Source of the DNA: Candidatus Parcubacteria bacterium
GTDB lineage: Bacteria > Patescibacteriota > Minisyncoccia > Minisyncoccales > JAGLUP01
DNA: 64,000 nucleotides
Direction: 5' to 3'
NCBI GenBank assembly: GCA_023134715.1
Contig: JAGLUP010000006.1
Coordinates: forward strand, 74,653 to 138,652
In this document: positions 35,641-43,455 of the stretch, one piece after another
Numbering within the stretch: position 1 is the first letter of the stretch
Layout of the letters: the number at the start of each line of letters is the position of its first letter
The notes under the pieces: model-generated
Database searches by the model: none
Told to the model about the DNA's origin: nothing
Seen by the model: only the letters and a program-made list of their open reading frames with translations
Translations under genes and position numbers: made by a program

Positions 35641-36033
35641 TCAGACCTTTAGATATTTTTCAATTACTTTTCTTAATGTTCTTTTAGCTAACTCTGAACA
35701 ATGAACTTTAACTCCGGGCATATCGCCCAAATGTTTAACTATATCTTCTGTTTTTATTTTCCCTGCCTTGCTTATCGTTATACCGCTTATCATATCGCAA
35801 AGAGCAGAGCCGGAAACAAGAGCGCCGGCGCATCCAGTGGTTTGAAACTTTGCCTGTTTTATAATATTATCCTTAATTTTAAGATAAATTTCCATCGTGT
35901 CTCCGCACGGTCCGGTATAAGAAGAAAAAACTGAAGCATTTTCAATTTTCCCTAAATTTTTCTTTTCTACAAAATACTCTTGAGCTTTTTCAGAATATCC
36001 TAATTTTTTTAATAATTCAACCGTATTACTCAT
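35641..36033 (-). CDS. IscU/NifU-like Fe-S scaffold protein
   Basis: GPCGDTMEIYL, the TTGCAGALVSGS cysteines, and HCSELA. Confidence 0.65.
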   Translation of the reverse strand: MSNTVELLKKLGYSEKAQEYFVEKKNLGKIENASVFSSYTGPCGDTMEIYLKIKDNIIKQAKFQTTGCAGALVSGSALCDMISGITISKAGKIKTEDIVKHLGDMPGVKVHCSELAKRTLRKVIEKYLKV

Positions 36034-36036
36034 TTA

Positions 36037-36303
36037 TTACTTGTCTTTGTTTTCTAAGATGGCGTCAACGAGAACTTGTTTTTCTGGTTCGCCGGAAAAT
36101 CTGGTGATTTCCTTGCCTTGTTTATCCAAATAAATAAAAGCGGGTAAACCAAAAAGTTGATATTGCTGTTTTACTTCGGGGTTTTCGTCAACCCCAATAT
36201 ATTCGGTCTCTAACCAGGGATATTCTTTTTCAATTTCCTCCCAGCGCGGTTTCATTATTTTACAGCCCGGACAATTCTTGGCTCCAAATTTTAATACTTT
36301 CAT
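36037..36303 (-). CDS. thioredoxin-fold protein
   Basis: FGAKNCPGCK CxxC motif. ATG at 36301-36303 is preferred because the track start is a TTG inside repeat E. Confidence 0.65.
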   Translation of the reverse strand: MKVLKFGAKNCPGCKIMKPRWEEIEKEYPWLETEYIGVDENPEVKQQYQLFGLPAFIYLDKQGKEITRFSGEPEKQVLVDAILENKDK

Positions 36304-36304
36304 A

Positions 36305-36465
36305 GGAAACAAATTTTTCAATGCAAGAATTCTGGATTTTCTGAGACGCGTAGGGCTCCCTCCCGTCCCGATAGTTTCCGCCTATCGGGACGGGAAGGGA
36401 TAAAGCGCGAGGAAAAGACAGAATTCGAGCAAAAAAAATTTTAAAATTTAGTTTTTAGAGTTTTC
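36305..36465 (-). repeat. nested-hairpin intergenic element, copy E (type 2 core)
   Basis: Outer arms GGAAACAAATTTTT / AAAATTTAGTTTTTAGAGTTTTC. Middle arms GAATTCTGGATTTTCTGAGACGCG / CGCGAGGAAAAGACAGAATTC. Inner hairpin TCCCGTCCCGATAG-TTTCCGC-CTATCGGGACGGGA. Confidence 0.85.
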
Positions 36466-36496
36466 TGAATTCAAAAAATAATTATTATTCAACTTT

Positions 36497-37714
36497 TTAT
36501 ACAAAACCAAAAACCATAGCCAATCCTAATCCAAAAATAATAAGACCGGCTATTAAATGTAAATATCTTATATTCTTTTCCTTCCACGCGGAAACATCTT
36601 CCACTTTTCTTAAACCTAAATAAATCAAACCAATTATTACCAACATCGGAAAAATAAATATCAAATTATACATTAATAGCCAGGGAAAAATTTCCATTAA
36701 TTCACAGGCAGATAAAATCCCGCCGCAAATAATATAAGGGCCGATAGTGCAAGGAAGTAAAAATACAGTAACAAAAGCGCCTACCCCAAACGCTCCTTTA
36801 GGCGAAGTAATTCCAGAGATTATTTTTTTAACTTTTGGCCTTAAAAACATCGGCATTTCAGTTAAAAATCCTCCCGGCTTATACTTTAAAAAATCTCTGA
36901 TATTTAAAATTCCTAATATAGTTGCCGCTCCTCCTAAAAATTTATAAATCCAAATTTTAACCGAGGTCAGAACCTGAATGGTCTGAAAAAATTTAATAAT
37001 TATCAATCCATAGAAAAAATACATCACAAATACAGAGGCAACAAAAGCTAAGCCAGTTAATAGAACCCTTTTTTTATCTTTAGGATTATAAGTTAAAATA
37101 GCGGTAAGCATTAAAATTAGAACTGCCAAGGCGCAGGGATTTACAGCGTCCACTGCGGCTAAAGATAAAATTTTAGCCAAAGTAAGCTGTGTTTTAATTT
37201 TTCCCGAAGATTGTCCTGGGTTGTCTGGTAATGTTTGAAATCCCTGTTTTAATATTTTCGGCTTGCCGGGTAAAGAATCTATGTCTAAATCTTTAAAATG
37301 AACAGAAGAGCCATCTATCAAAGGACATTTATTACTGTCTTTATTTTCAATCATTTCTCTAACATTATCCAAAATCGGTTTATCTCCTAAAATATGTTCT
37401 TGTTTATTAAAAATTATCAAAGGAATGCCTAATCCTGAATCATAAACAGAATTATATTCGTAAAGCAAGGGGGCGTTCTCTTTCTGCTGATAAATCTCGT
37501 ATTCTACAATAACTAAATTCGGATATTCTTTTGTCAATTGTTCAAGAACCAATGGATCCGCCTGAGCGCAATGAGTACAGCCAATGCCGGTAAAATAAAC
37601 TATGCAAACATTATCATCCTCCTGCGCTAAAATCCCCTGACCAATCCCAAAACCAAAAACCGCAATTATTCCCAAAAAAACAAATTTTAATAAAACATTT
37701 TTTTGTTTTAACAT
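36497..37714 (-). CDS. thioredoxin-like domain fused to CcdA/DsbD-type transmembrane thiol-disulfide transporter
   Basis: N-terminal GIGCTHCAQ, then AAVDAVNPCALAVL and LLPCTIGPY TM cysteines. Confidence 0.55.
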   Translation of the reverse strand: MLKQKNVLLKFVFLGIIAVFGFGIGQGILAQEDDNVCIVYFTGIGCTHCAQADPLVLEQLTKEYPNLVIVEYEIYQQKENAPLLYEYNSVYDSGLGIPLIIFNKQEHILGDKPILDNVREMIENKDSNKCPLIDGSSVHFKDLDIDSLPGKPKILKQGFQTLPDNPGQSSGKIKTQLTLAKILSLAAVDAVNPCALAVLILMLTAILTYNPKDKKRVLLTGLAFVASVFVMYFFYGLIIIKFFQTIQVLTSVKIWIYKFLGGAATILGILNIRDFLKYKPGGFLTEMPMFLRPKVKKIISGITSPKGAFGVGAFVTVFLLPCTIGPYIICGGILSACELMEIFPWLLMYNLIFIFPMLVIIGLIYLGLRKVEDVSAWKEKNIRYLHLIAGLIIFGLGLAMVFGFV

Positions 37715-37724
37715 TTTAATTTTT

Positions 37725-38063
37725 CTAAATTTTCACCAATGAAGTGAATTTGTTAAAATTTAACAATGTTTTAGATATCTTAAAAAATTCGTCTATATTT
37801 TTATTCTTTTTCAGATAAAACTCGGCTAAAACATCCCTAAATCTTAATAATTCCTTTAAGCCCTTTTGCCAGCGCTGGTCATTGATTGTCAAATCTATAA
37901 GCTCAAACGCCCTATTTAAACAATTTAAAATTTCTTGCTCATTATTTTTTACCAGCCAGCTCTTTGTACGAGAAAATTCAGCCGCAATATTTAGAATCTG
38001 CTCTTCTTTAGAAAAATTCTGCCACTTCTGTGATCCTAAATTTTTATGAAATTTATTCTCCAT
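37725..38063 (-). CDS. hypothetical helical protein
   Basis: 112-aa ORF overlapping the upstream gene by 11 nt. No family recognised. Confidence 0.4.
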   Translation of the reverse strand: MENKFHKNLGSQKWQNFSKEEQILNIAAEFSRTKSWLVKNNEQEILNCLNRAFELIDLTINDQRWQKGLKELLRFRDVLAEFYLKKNKNIDEFFKISKTLLNFNKFTSLVKI

Positions 38064-38412
38064 AAATCAACTTTTTAATTATTTGATTAATTTTATTTCT
38101 TATCTCCTGATTTTCAACATTCATTGAGTAATTATCTTGAGAAGGCCTAATATTAATTAAGGAAGAATATTCAATCTGTTCTTCTTTTTTTTGCTTTAGA
38201 GAATATAAATTAGCGCCCCATAAATTTTTATTATCAGACCCGTCTTTTATAAGCAATTCAGCGGCATCAGAATGAAGCTCTCCGCCCAAAGCAATTATTT
38301 CGCGCTCAATATCAACTACAAACTTAATCATTTCTTTAAAAGGATTATCTAAGAACTTTTTCAGATATTCTTTATTTATTTTTTCTTTAATAATTTCTAT
38401 TGGATATTCCAT
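38053..38412 (-). CDS. hypothetical protein (possibly DUF5674-like)
   Basis: KFVVDIEREIIALGGELHSDAAELLIKDGS...LWGANLY. The assignment is from memory only. Confidence 0.35.
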   Translation of the reverse strand: MEYPIEIIKEKINKEYLKKFLDNPFKEMIKFVVDIEREIIALGGELHSDAAELLIKDGSDNKNLWGANLYSLKQKKEEQIEYSSLINIRPSQDNYSMNVENQEIRNKINQIIKKLIYGE

Positions 38413-38417
38413 TAATT

Positions 38418-39080
38418 CTAAAGCAGTTTAAAATTATTAATTACCAAGCCGAAATCATAATTTAAATATTTTGCCGCTTTTCTGCAGTAAACCATTCTGT
38501 TTGTAAAAATTTCAAAATACTCCATAATCGGCACAAAATTAGTGTCAATTTTAAAAGTTAAAGTAATTCTTTTCTTTGTTTTATCAATTTTTAAACGGCT
38601 CATTTTTGTCGCAAAATTAACCCTATCATGAATGTCAGATTTTATCTCATCTATAACTTTGCGAATTACTCTTGAGCGATGCACATCTGACTTGTCAGCC
38701 AAAACAACAACAGCGGAAATCGGATTGGTAAAATTCATTTCTCCTTTATCGTGATTAGAAATCGCTTCCATAATTAAAACCAACTCTTCGGGACTAAAAT
38801 CATTGCTAAAAACCTGCTGAAAAAGCAAAGCTCCGAAATAATTATGATTAGTGCGGCTTAAAAAATTTGCCATATCATGGCAGAACCCGGCAATCGCAGA
38901 CAATTCCTGCTCTTTTTCACTTAATCCTATTTCTTTAGCAACGCTCCTCGCGCGATCAGCCACTAGATTAGAATGCCTTAAGCCATGCTCTGTAAAAGAA
39001 AGAGCGGCAAGAGAAATTTCTGTTTGTTTAATAAATTCTAAAATATAAAGATTTTTTTTAACTTGTTTTAAAGTAATCAT
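38418..39080 (-). CDS. HD-domain phosphohydrolase
   Basis: HGLRHS...GFCHDMAN H..HD motifs. Confidence 0.65.
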   Translation of the reverse strand: MITLKQVKKNLYILEFIKQTEISLAALSFTEHGLRHSNLVADRARSVAKEIGLSEKEQELSAIAGFCHDMANFLSRTNHNYFGALLFQQVFSNDFSPEELVLIMEAISNHDKGEMNFTNPISAVVVLADKSDVHRSRVIRKVIDEIKSDIHDRVNFATKMSRLKIDKTKKRITLTFKIDTNFVPIMEYFEIFTNRMVYCRKAAKYLNYDFGLVINNFKLL

Positions 39081-39094
39081 AAATTAAATTAAAA

Positions 39095-39352
39095 TTAAAA
39101 ATTAAAATCAGGCATCTGCGACATTTTTTGAGCCACAGCCATTTGAACTTTTTTTATTGCTTCATTAAAGCAATCCTTTAAAATTTTTTCCTGTTCTTGC
39201 TTGCTAAATTCTGAATTAAGCTGAATCTCTTCAATTTCCATCTTTCCGTTGAAAATAACTTTTATTCCTTGTTTTTCAACCTCCACTCTTTCATCTTTAA
39301 GAGAATCCTGCAGCTCCTTAAGTCTTTTTAATTGTGATAATTTATCAAACAT
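39095..39352 (-). CDS. YbaB/EbfC-family nucleoid-associated protein
   Basis: Size and the LKELQDSL...GIKVIFNGKMEIEEIQLN...ILKDCFNEAIKKVQ pattern. Confidence 0.6.
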   Translation of the reverse strand: MFDKLSQLKRLKELQDSLKDERVEVEKQGIKVIFNGKMEIEEIQLNSEFSKQEQEKILKDCFNEAIKKVQMAVAQKMSQMPDFNF

Positions 39353-39371
39353 ATTTCGTATTTATTATTTA

Positions 39372-39557
39372 TTATTTATTTTCCTCAATCGCCTCAACTG
39401 GACAGGACTGAATTGCCTGCTTTATACATTCTTTATCCTTGTCTAAATCTGCCCCTTGCTTTATCTGGGCTTTACCTTCAATAATCTCAAAAACATCAGA
39501 ACATAAATTTTGGCAAATGCCGCAGCCAACGCATTTTTCTTTGTTTATTTTAATCAT
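39372..39557 (-). CDS. small 4Fe-4S/3Fe-4S ferredoxin
   Basis: CVGCGICQNLC ... CP. ATG at 39555-39557. Confidence 0.7.
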   Translation of the reverse strand: MIKINKEKCVGCGICQNLCSDVFEIIEGKAQIKQGADLDKDKECIKQAIQSCPVEAIEENK

Positions 39558-39561
39558 ATTT

Positions 39562-40602
39562 TTATTGTGTTTTATTAAGAAAAATTGTTTGGGTAGGATA
39601 AGCCATTTCAATACCCTCCTGTTCAAAACGTTCTTTAATCGCAAAATTCATCTCCTGTTGAGTGTTCATATAATCAACATAATTACTGGAATTTAAATAA
39701 TAGACAATTTCAAAATTTAAACTGGAATCCCCGAATTCTTTAAAATGAACCCTGTCTATTTCTGCTAACTCAGCTTTTGCTATAATCTCTTTAATAATAT
39801 TAGGAATTCTCTTTAATTTCTCTGTAGAAATTTCATAAGTCACGCCAAAACCAAAAATAATCCTTCTCTTCTCCATTTTCTTATAGTTATGTATTCTTGC
39901 TTCTGTTAATTCTTTATTTGAAACCACTAATTCTTCTCCCTGAAGGGTTTGAAGCCGCGTAGATTTTATGCCAATTTTTTTAACTACCCCCATATCGGTT
40001 CCCACAATAATAAAATCCCCCACTTGAAAGGGTTTATCAAAATAAATAGAAACCGAAGAAAAAATATCAACCAAAATATTTTGTAAAGCAAAAGCAATAG
40101 CTATGCCTCCGATTCCCAAACCAGCGATTAAAGCGGAAACATCATAACCAAAATTTGATAAAATAATCACTACAGCCACACCCCATAAAGCGCCTTTTAA
40201 AACCTTGGTTAAAATATCAATAACGCCAGTATCAACCCCTGCTTCTTCTTTTCGCTTTTCTAAGATAATCTTTTTGGCGCCATAATCAATCAAATCCTGG
40301 CATCCTTTTATTACATAGTAAGCAACACTGATAAAAACCGCGTAATAAAGAACAGCAGCTATAAATTCTGGAACTTGAATAAACTGGGAAGCAATATACA
40401 AAGGCAGGAAAAAATAAAAAGACCAGCCAATGTTCTCAATAATCTTTATTAATAAATCATCAAGCTCTGTGCTGGTTTTTTCAGCAAGCTTTTTAAGCTT
40501 AGCAATTATAAAATGCTTAAAAATCTTCAAAGCAATAACTGTTGCCACAAAAACTCCTAAAGCTAAAATATGCTCTTGTGTAAATAAAAATTTAATCTCC
40601 AT
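39562..40602 (-). CDS. MscS-family mechanosensitive channel
   Basis: Three N-terminal TMs, then FDKPFQVGDFI and GVVKKIGIKSTRL. Confidence 0.8.
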   Translation of the reverse strand: MEIKFLFTQEHILALGVFVATVIALKIFKHFIIAKLKKLAEKTSTELDDLLIKIIENIGWSFYFFLPLYIASQFIQVPEFIAAVLYYAVFISVAYYVIKGCQDLIDYGAKKIILEKRKEEAGVDTGVIDILTKVLKGALWGVAVVIILSNFGYDVSALIAGLGIGGIAIAFALQNILVDIFSSVSIYFDKPFQVGDFIIVGTDMGVVKKIGIKSTRLQTLQGEELVVSNKELTEARIHNYKKMEKRRIIFGFGVTYEISTEKLKRIPNIIKEIIAKAELAEIDRVHFKEFGDSSLNFEIVYYLNSSNYVDYMNTQQEMNFAIKERFEQEGIEMAYPTQTIFLNKTQ

Positions 40603-40628
40603 ATTTTTTATGTTATATTTTCTAAATA

Positions 40629-40776
40629 GAAAACGCAGAAAACAAATTTTTCAAGGCGAGAATTCTGGATTTTCTGAGACGCGTAGGGCTCCCATCGCGA
40701 AAGCGACGGGATAAAGCGCGAAGAAAATTCAGAGTTTGAGCCAGAAAAATTTCAAAATTTAGTTTCCGGAATTTCC
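40629..40776 (-). repeat. nested-hairpin intergenic element, copy F (type 1 outer arms, type 2 core)
   Basis: GAAAACGCAGAAAACAAATTTTT...GAATTCTGGATTTTCTGAGACGCGTAGGGCTCCC-ATCGCGAAAGCGAC-GGGATAAAGCGCG...AAAATTTAGTTTCCGGAATTTCC. Its right arm encodes the last codons and stop of the GDSL gene. Confidence 0.85.
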
Positions 40777-41433
40777 AAAATTTAAAATTATTATCTTGTT
40801 TTTAATTAAAAAATCTTTTACGATTTCAAATATTTTTTCATGACCTTTTGAATTCGGATGCAAACCATCCTCTAATAAATTTTTGTAATCCAATTCTATC
40901 CACTTCTCAAAAATCTCAATAAAATAAATCTTATTTTCCGTGCAAACCGATTTTATAATTTCATTATATTTCCGGATATATTCGTTCTTGTATGATTTGC
41001 CTGTCTTGCTCCATGGAAGAGGTGTAACTTTTATTTCTTCAACCGGCGTTAATCCAATAAAGACAATCTTTAAGGAATAACTCCTCGCAAGATGAGATAA
41101 TTCTTGTAAATTTTCTTCAAATTTCTCCAATTCTGTCATAAACTCTTTTTGACTTTCCACAAAACAAGCATCATTAACGCCAATCTCAAATATTATTATC
41201 GTTTCTTCATTCTCCGACATTCGCAACATTCGCAACGGCGCTTCAAATTCAAATCGTTTCAGCAAATCTTTAGTCGCATCTCCGTCTATACCGAGATTAT
41301 AAACTACAAAATAATCTTCTGAATCAATAAATTTTCTATCTAAAAACCTTCTTAATCTCTGAACCCAACCGCCTTGCTCATAATCCCATGCGCCATAGCT
41401 AATTGAATCTCCAAAAACACAAATCCTTGCCAT
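40759..41433 (-). CDS. SGNH/GDSL hydrolase
   Basis: ICVFGDSISYG block I, GVNDA block III, and DGLHPN block V. Confidence 0.8.
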   Translation of the reverse strand: MARICVFGDSISYGAWDYEQGGWVQRLRRFLDRKFIDSEDYFVVYNLGIDGDATKDLLKRFEFEAPLRMLRMSENEETIIIFEIGVNDACFVESQKEFMTELEKFEENLQELSHLARSYSLKIVFIGLTPVEEIKVTPLPWSKTGKSYKNEYIRKYNEIIKSVCTENKIYFIEIFEKWIELDYKNLLEDGLHPNSKGHEKIFEIVKDFLIKNKIIILNFGNSGN

Positions 41434-41448
41434 AATTTTCTAAGCGAC

Positions 41449-41490
41449 GGAGACTCGTCCTCCCCTACAAACGCAGGAGGTCGGGTCTCC
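41449..41490 (+). other. GC-rich hairpin followed by CCTTTGTTTT
   Basis: GGAGACTCGTCCTCC / GGAGGTCGGGTCTCC pairs at 14 of 15 positions as plus-strand RNA (one U:G), followed by a U-rich tail. Confidence 0.5.
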
Positions 41491-41613
41491 TTTGTTTTAC
41501 TGATATATTATTTTTATTATAGCAAATATATTTAAAATCGCAACTATCGCGCGCTCATAAAAACCAAAAGAAAAAAGGGACGATTCCCTTTTTATTTATT
41601 ATTTTATCTATAT

Positions 41614-41784
41614 CTATGAATACAACTCTTTCCTTGCTAACTGAAATCGGTTTTCACTAACAACTACCCCGCACTTATTACAGCAACAATCATTTGTTCC
41701 ATAAGGATCTTTAATAATCTTTCCCTTACATCCTAACTCATAGCAATCTCCTATTATTTTCCAATTTTTTGACGTTCCTGACAT
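41614..41784 (-). CDS. 56-aa Cys-rich small protein (zinc-ribbon-like), hypothetical
   Basis: Not in the track. Sequence MSGTSKNWKIIGDCYELGCKGKIIKDPYGTNDCCCNKCGVVVSENRFQLARKELYS. It has its own promoter and an AGAGG RBS. Confidence 0.45.
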   Translation of the reverse strand: MSGTSKNWKIIGDCYELGCKGKIIKDPYGTNDCCCNKCGVVVSENRFQLARKELYS

Positions 41785-41834
41785 TTTTAATGTGCCTCTT
41801 TTATTTATATATAATTTTATTTATATAATAAACT

Positions 41835-41863
41835 ATAATGCCACATTAAAATAAAAAAGTCAA
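41835..41863 (-). promoter_or_regulatory. promoter for the Cys-rich small ORF
   Basis: Minus strand reads TTGACT (41858-41863), 17 nt, then CATTAT (41835-41840). Confidence 0.45.
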
Positions 41864-41876
41864 AATAAAAAACAAA

Positions 41877-41936
41877 GGAGGACGCCGCCCTCAGCGAGGG
41901 CGAACCTCGCCAAGAATTTTCTGGACGGGGGCTTCC
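41877..41936 (+). other. second GC-rich compound hairpin followed by CCTTTGTTTTT
   Basis: Outer stem CAAAGGAGG/CTTCCTTTG and inner stem CGCCCTC-AGC-GAGGGCG. Same orientation and tail as 41449-41490. Confidence 0.5.
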
Positions 41937-42034
41937 TTTGTTTTTGATAAATAAAAGCAAAATCAAACTATACCTCTATTCGCTTATAAATCGCAATATA
42001 ACTTTCCCGCAATATAACTTTTCCAAACTTCTCC

Positions 42035-42098
42035 CATCAAAATCCTTTCCCATTGAAATCCTTTCCCATTGAAATCCTTTCCCATTGAAATCCTTTGT
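42035..42098. repeat. 16-bp tandem repeat x4
   Basis: (CATTGAAATCCTTTCC) x4 with degenerate first and last units, abutting palindrome P3. Confidence 0.9.
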
Positions 42099-42134
42099 AT
42101 AACGCATATAGCACGATCGTTGTATATGTGTTAT
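42099..42134. repeat. 36-bp CGATCG-centred palindrome, copy P3
   Basis: ATAACGCATATAGCACGATCGTTGTATATGTGTTAT. Confidence 0.9.
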
Positions 42135-42205
42135 ACTCTGTAGCCCGCAATAAAAAGCAAAAAATAAAAAATAAGATAAAAAATCAAATTTTTATTTATT
42201 TAAAA

Positions 42206-42760
42206 TTAAATTTCTATCTCTTTAATCAGGAAAATTTTTACAAATTTATCCAATAAAAAAGCTCTTATTATTTTTTCTAAATCTTTACTTACCTCATAAG
42301 GCGAAATCCAAATGCTTCGTTGAAGTTTCTGAAACCCTAAATTATATAAAAATTTTCTGAAGTTATCTCTATATTTTCTTTTCTTTTCTGGAATATCAAA
42401 AATTACCATAATCCATTTTTTATCTTTTCGCTTTTTTAATTTTGATTTAAATTTTGGATTTAATTTATATTCTACTGTAAGCGCTTTTTGTTTTCCTTTT
42501 ACGGTCAATAAAATTCCCCTCCCCTCTTCTAAATTCTTGATTTTAATATATCCTTTCTTTTTTAAATAATTAATAAATTGCCCGAACTGCCTCTTGCTTC
42601 TTTTCCGTTCATACTCCCGCCAAAATTTAAAACTATCTGGATTGCAAACATCTCTCCAGCTTCTTACTGTGAATATCTCGTGTGGTTCGGCAATTTTCCC
42701 TAATTCTTCAAAAACAGAATATAAATCCCATAAAAATTTGTCTGTTAAGGGAATTTTCAT
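42206..42760 (-). CDS. PaaX-like / Cas2-fold domain protein with N-terminal winged-helix-like region
   Basis: C-terminal WIMVIFDIPEKKRKYRDNFRKFLYNLGFQKLQRSIWISPY matches the beta-alpha-beta signature shared by PaaX C-domains and Cas2. ATG at 42758-42760. Confidence 0.55.
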   Translation of the reverse strand: MKIPLTDKFLWDLYSVFEELGKIAEPHEIFTVRSWRDVCNPDSFKFWREYERKRSKRQFGQFINYLKKKGYIKIKNLEEGRGILLTVKGKQKALTVEYKLNPKFKSKLKKRKDKKWIMVIFDIPEKKRKYRDNFRKFLYNLGFQKLQRSIWISPYEVSKDLEKIIRAFLLDKFVKIFLIKEIEI

Positions 42761-42772
42761 CTTAAAATTATT

Positions 42773-42808
42773 ATAACACATATACCACGATCGTTGTATA
42801 TGTGTTAT
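42773..42808. repeat. 36-bp CGATCG-centred palindrome, copy P4
   Basis: ATAACACATATACCACGATCGTTGTATATGTGTTAT, identical to P2. Confidence 0.9.
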
Positions 42809-42816
42809 ACAACCTT

Positions 42817-43455
42817 TTAGCTTTTTAATTCTTTTTGATATTCGAAATAAGAATAAGCGATTAAATAAACGCTGATAAAAATTACCGGAACTATAATAAA
42901 AATAAAAGCATAGTCCTCTAAAATAATTCCCAATAAAGCAATTATTCCCGCTATTTTGAATAACCTGCCGCCTAATTTATGTGTCTTATTCCAAACTATT
43001 TCACTGCTTAAAGTCCACGGAGTTTTAATTCCAATAAACCAATTTCTTTTAGCGTTTTCCATTAAAACGCCGCAATAATAAAACAAAGCGCCCAAAGCAG
43101 GCATCATCAGCTGAACCATATTAAATCTAAAACCAAGATTCCAAAAAATAGTTAAAATATAGACATACAAAAGAAAACCAATAATTAAAACAATAAATCC
43201 ATCATAATATTTTCTAAACTTTTCAATATTTTGCTTTAAAGGATCTATCTTAGGAACTAAAAGGAAAAGCAAGAATAAACCAATAGAAAACATTGGCATT
43301 AAAAATAAAGCCCAAAATCTTGGCATATAATCATCTACCTCCCCCCTACTGTTCCAATGCGACGCCATTTTTTCCGGCATCTGAGGATACAAATAAACAC
43401 CAATCAAAAATGATATTAAAATTAGTCCTAATGTAATTACTACGCTTTTCTTCAT
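42817..43455 (-). CDS. SdpI/DUF1648-family membrane protein
   Basis: YLYPQMPEKMASHWNSRGEVDDYMPRFWALFLMP N-terminal signature, plus 5-6 TMs. Confidence 0.65.
   Translation of the reverse strand: MKKSVVITLGLILISFLIGVYLYPQMPEKMASHWNSRGEVDDYMPRFWALFLMPMFSIGLFLLFLLVPKIDPLKQNIEKFRKYYDGFIVLIIGFLLYVYILTIFWNLGFRFNMVQLMMPALGALFYYCGVLMENAKRNWFIGIKTPWTLSSEIVWNKTHKLGGRLFKIAGIIALLGIILEDYAFIFIIVPVIFISVYLIAYSYFEYQKELKS

Noticed and set aside
42035-42098. Possible CRISPR array (16-bp units) and other tandem repeats (8949-8970, 24640-24730, 50162-50194)
   Set aside because: The units are contiguous with no unique spacers, are far shorter than CRISPR repeats, and have no cas genes nearby. The Cas2-like fold protein at 42206 is of the PaaX-like type.
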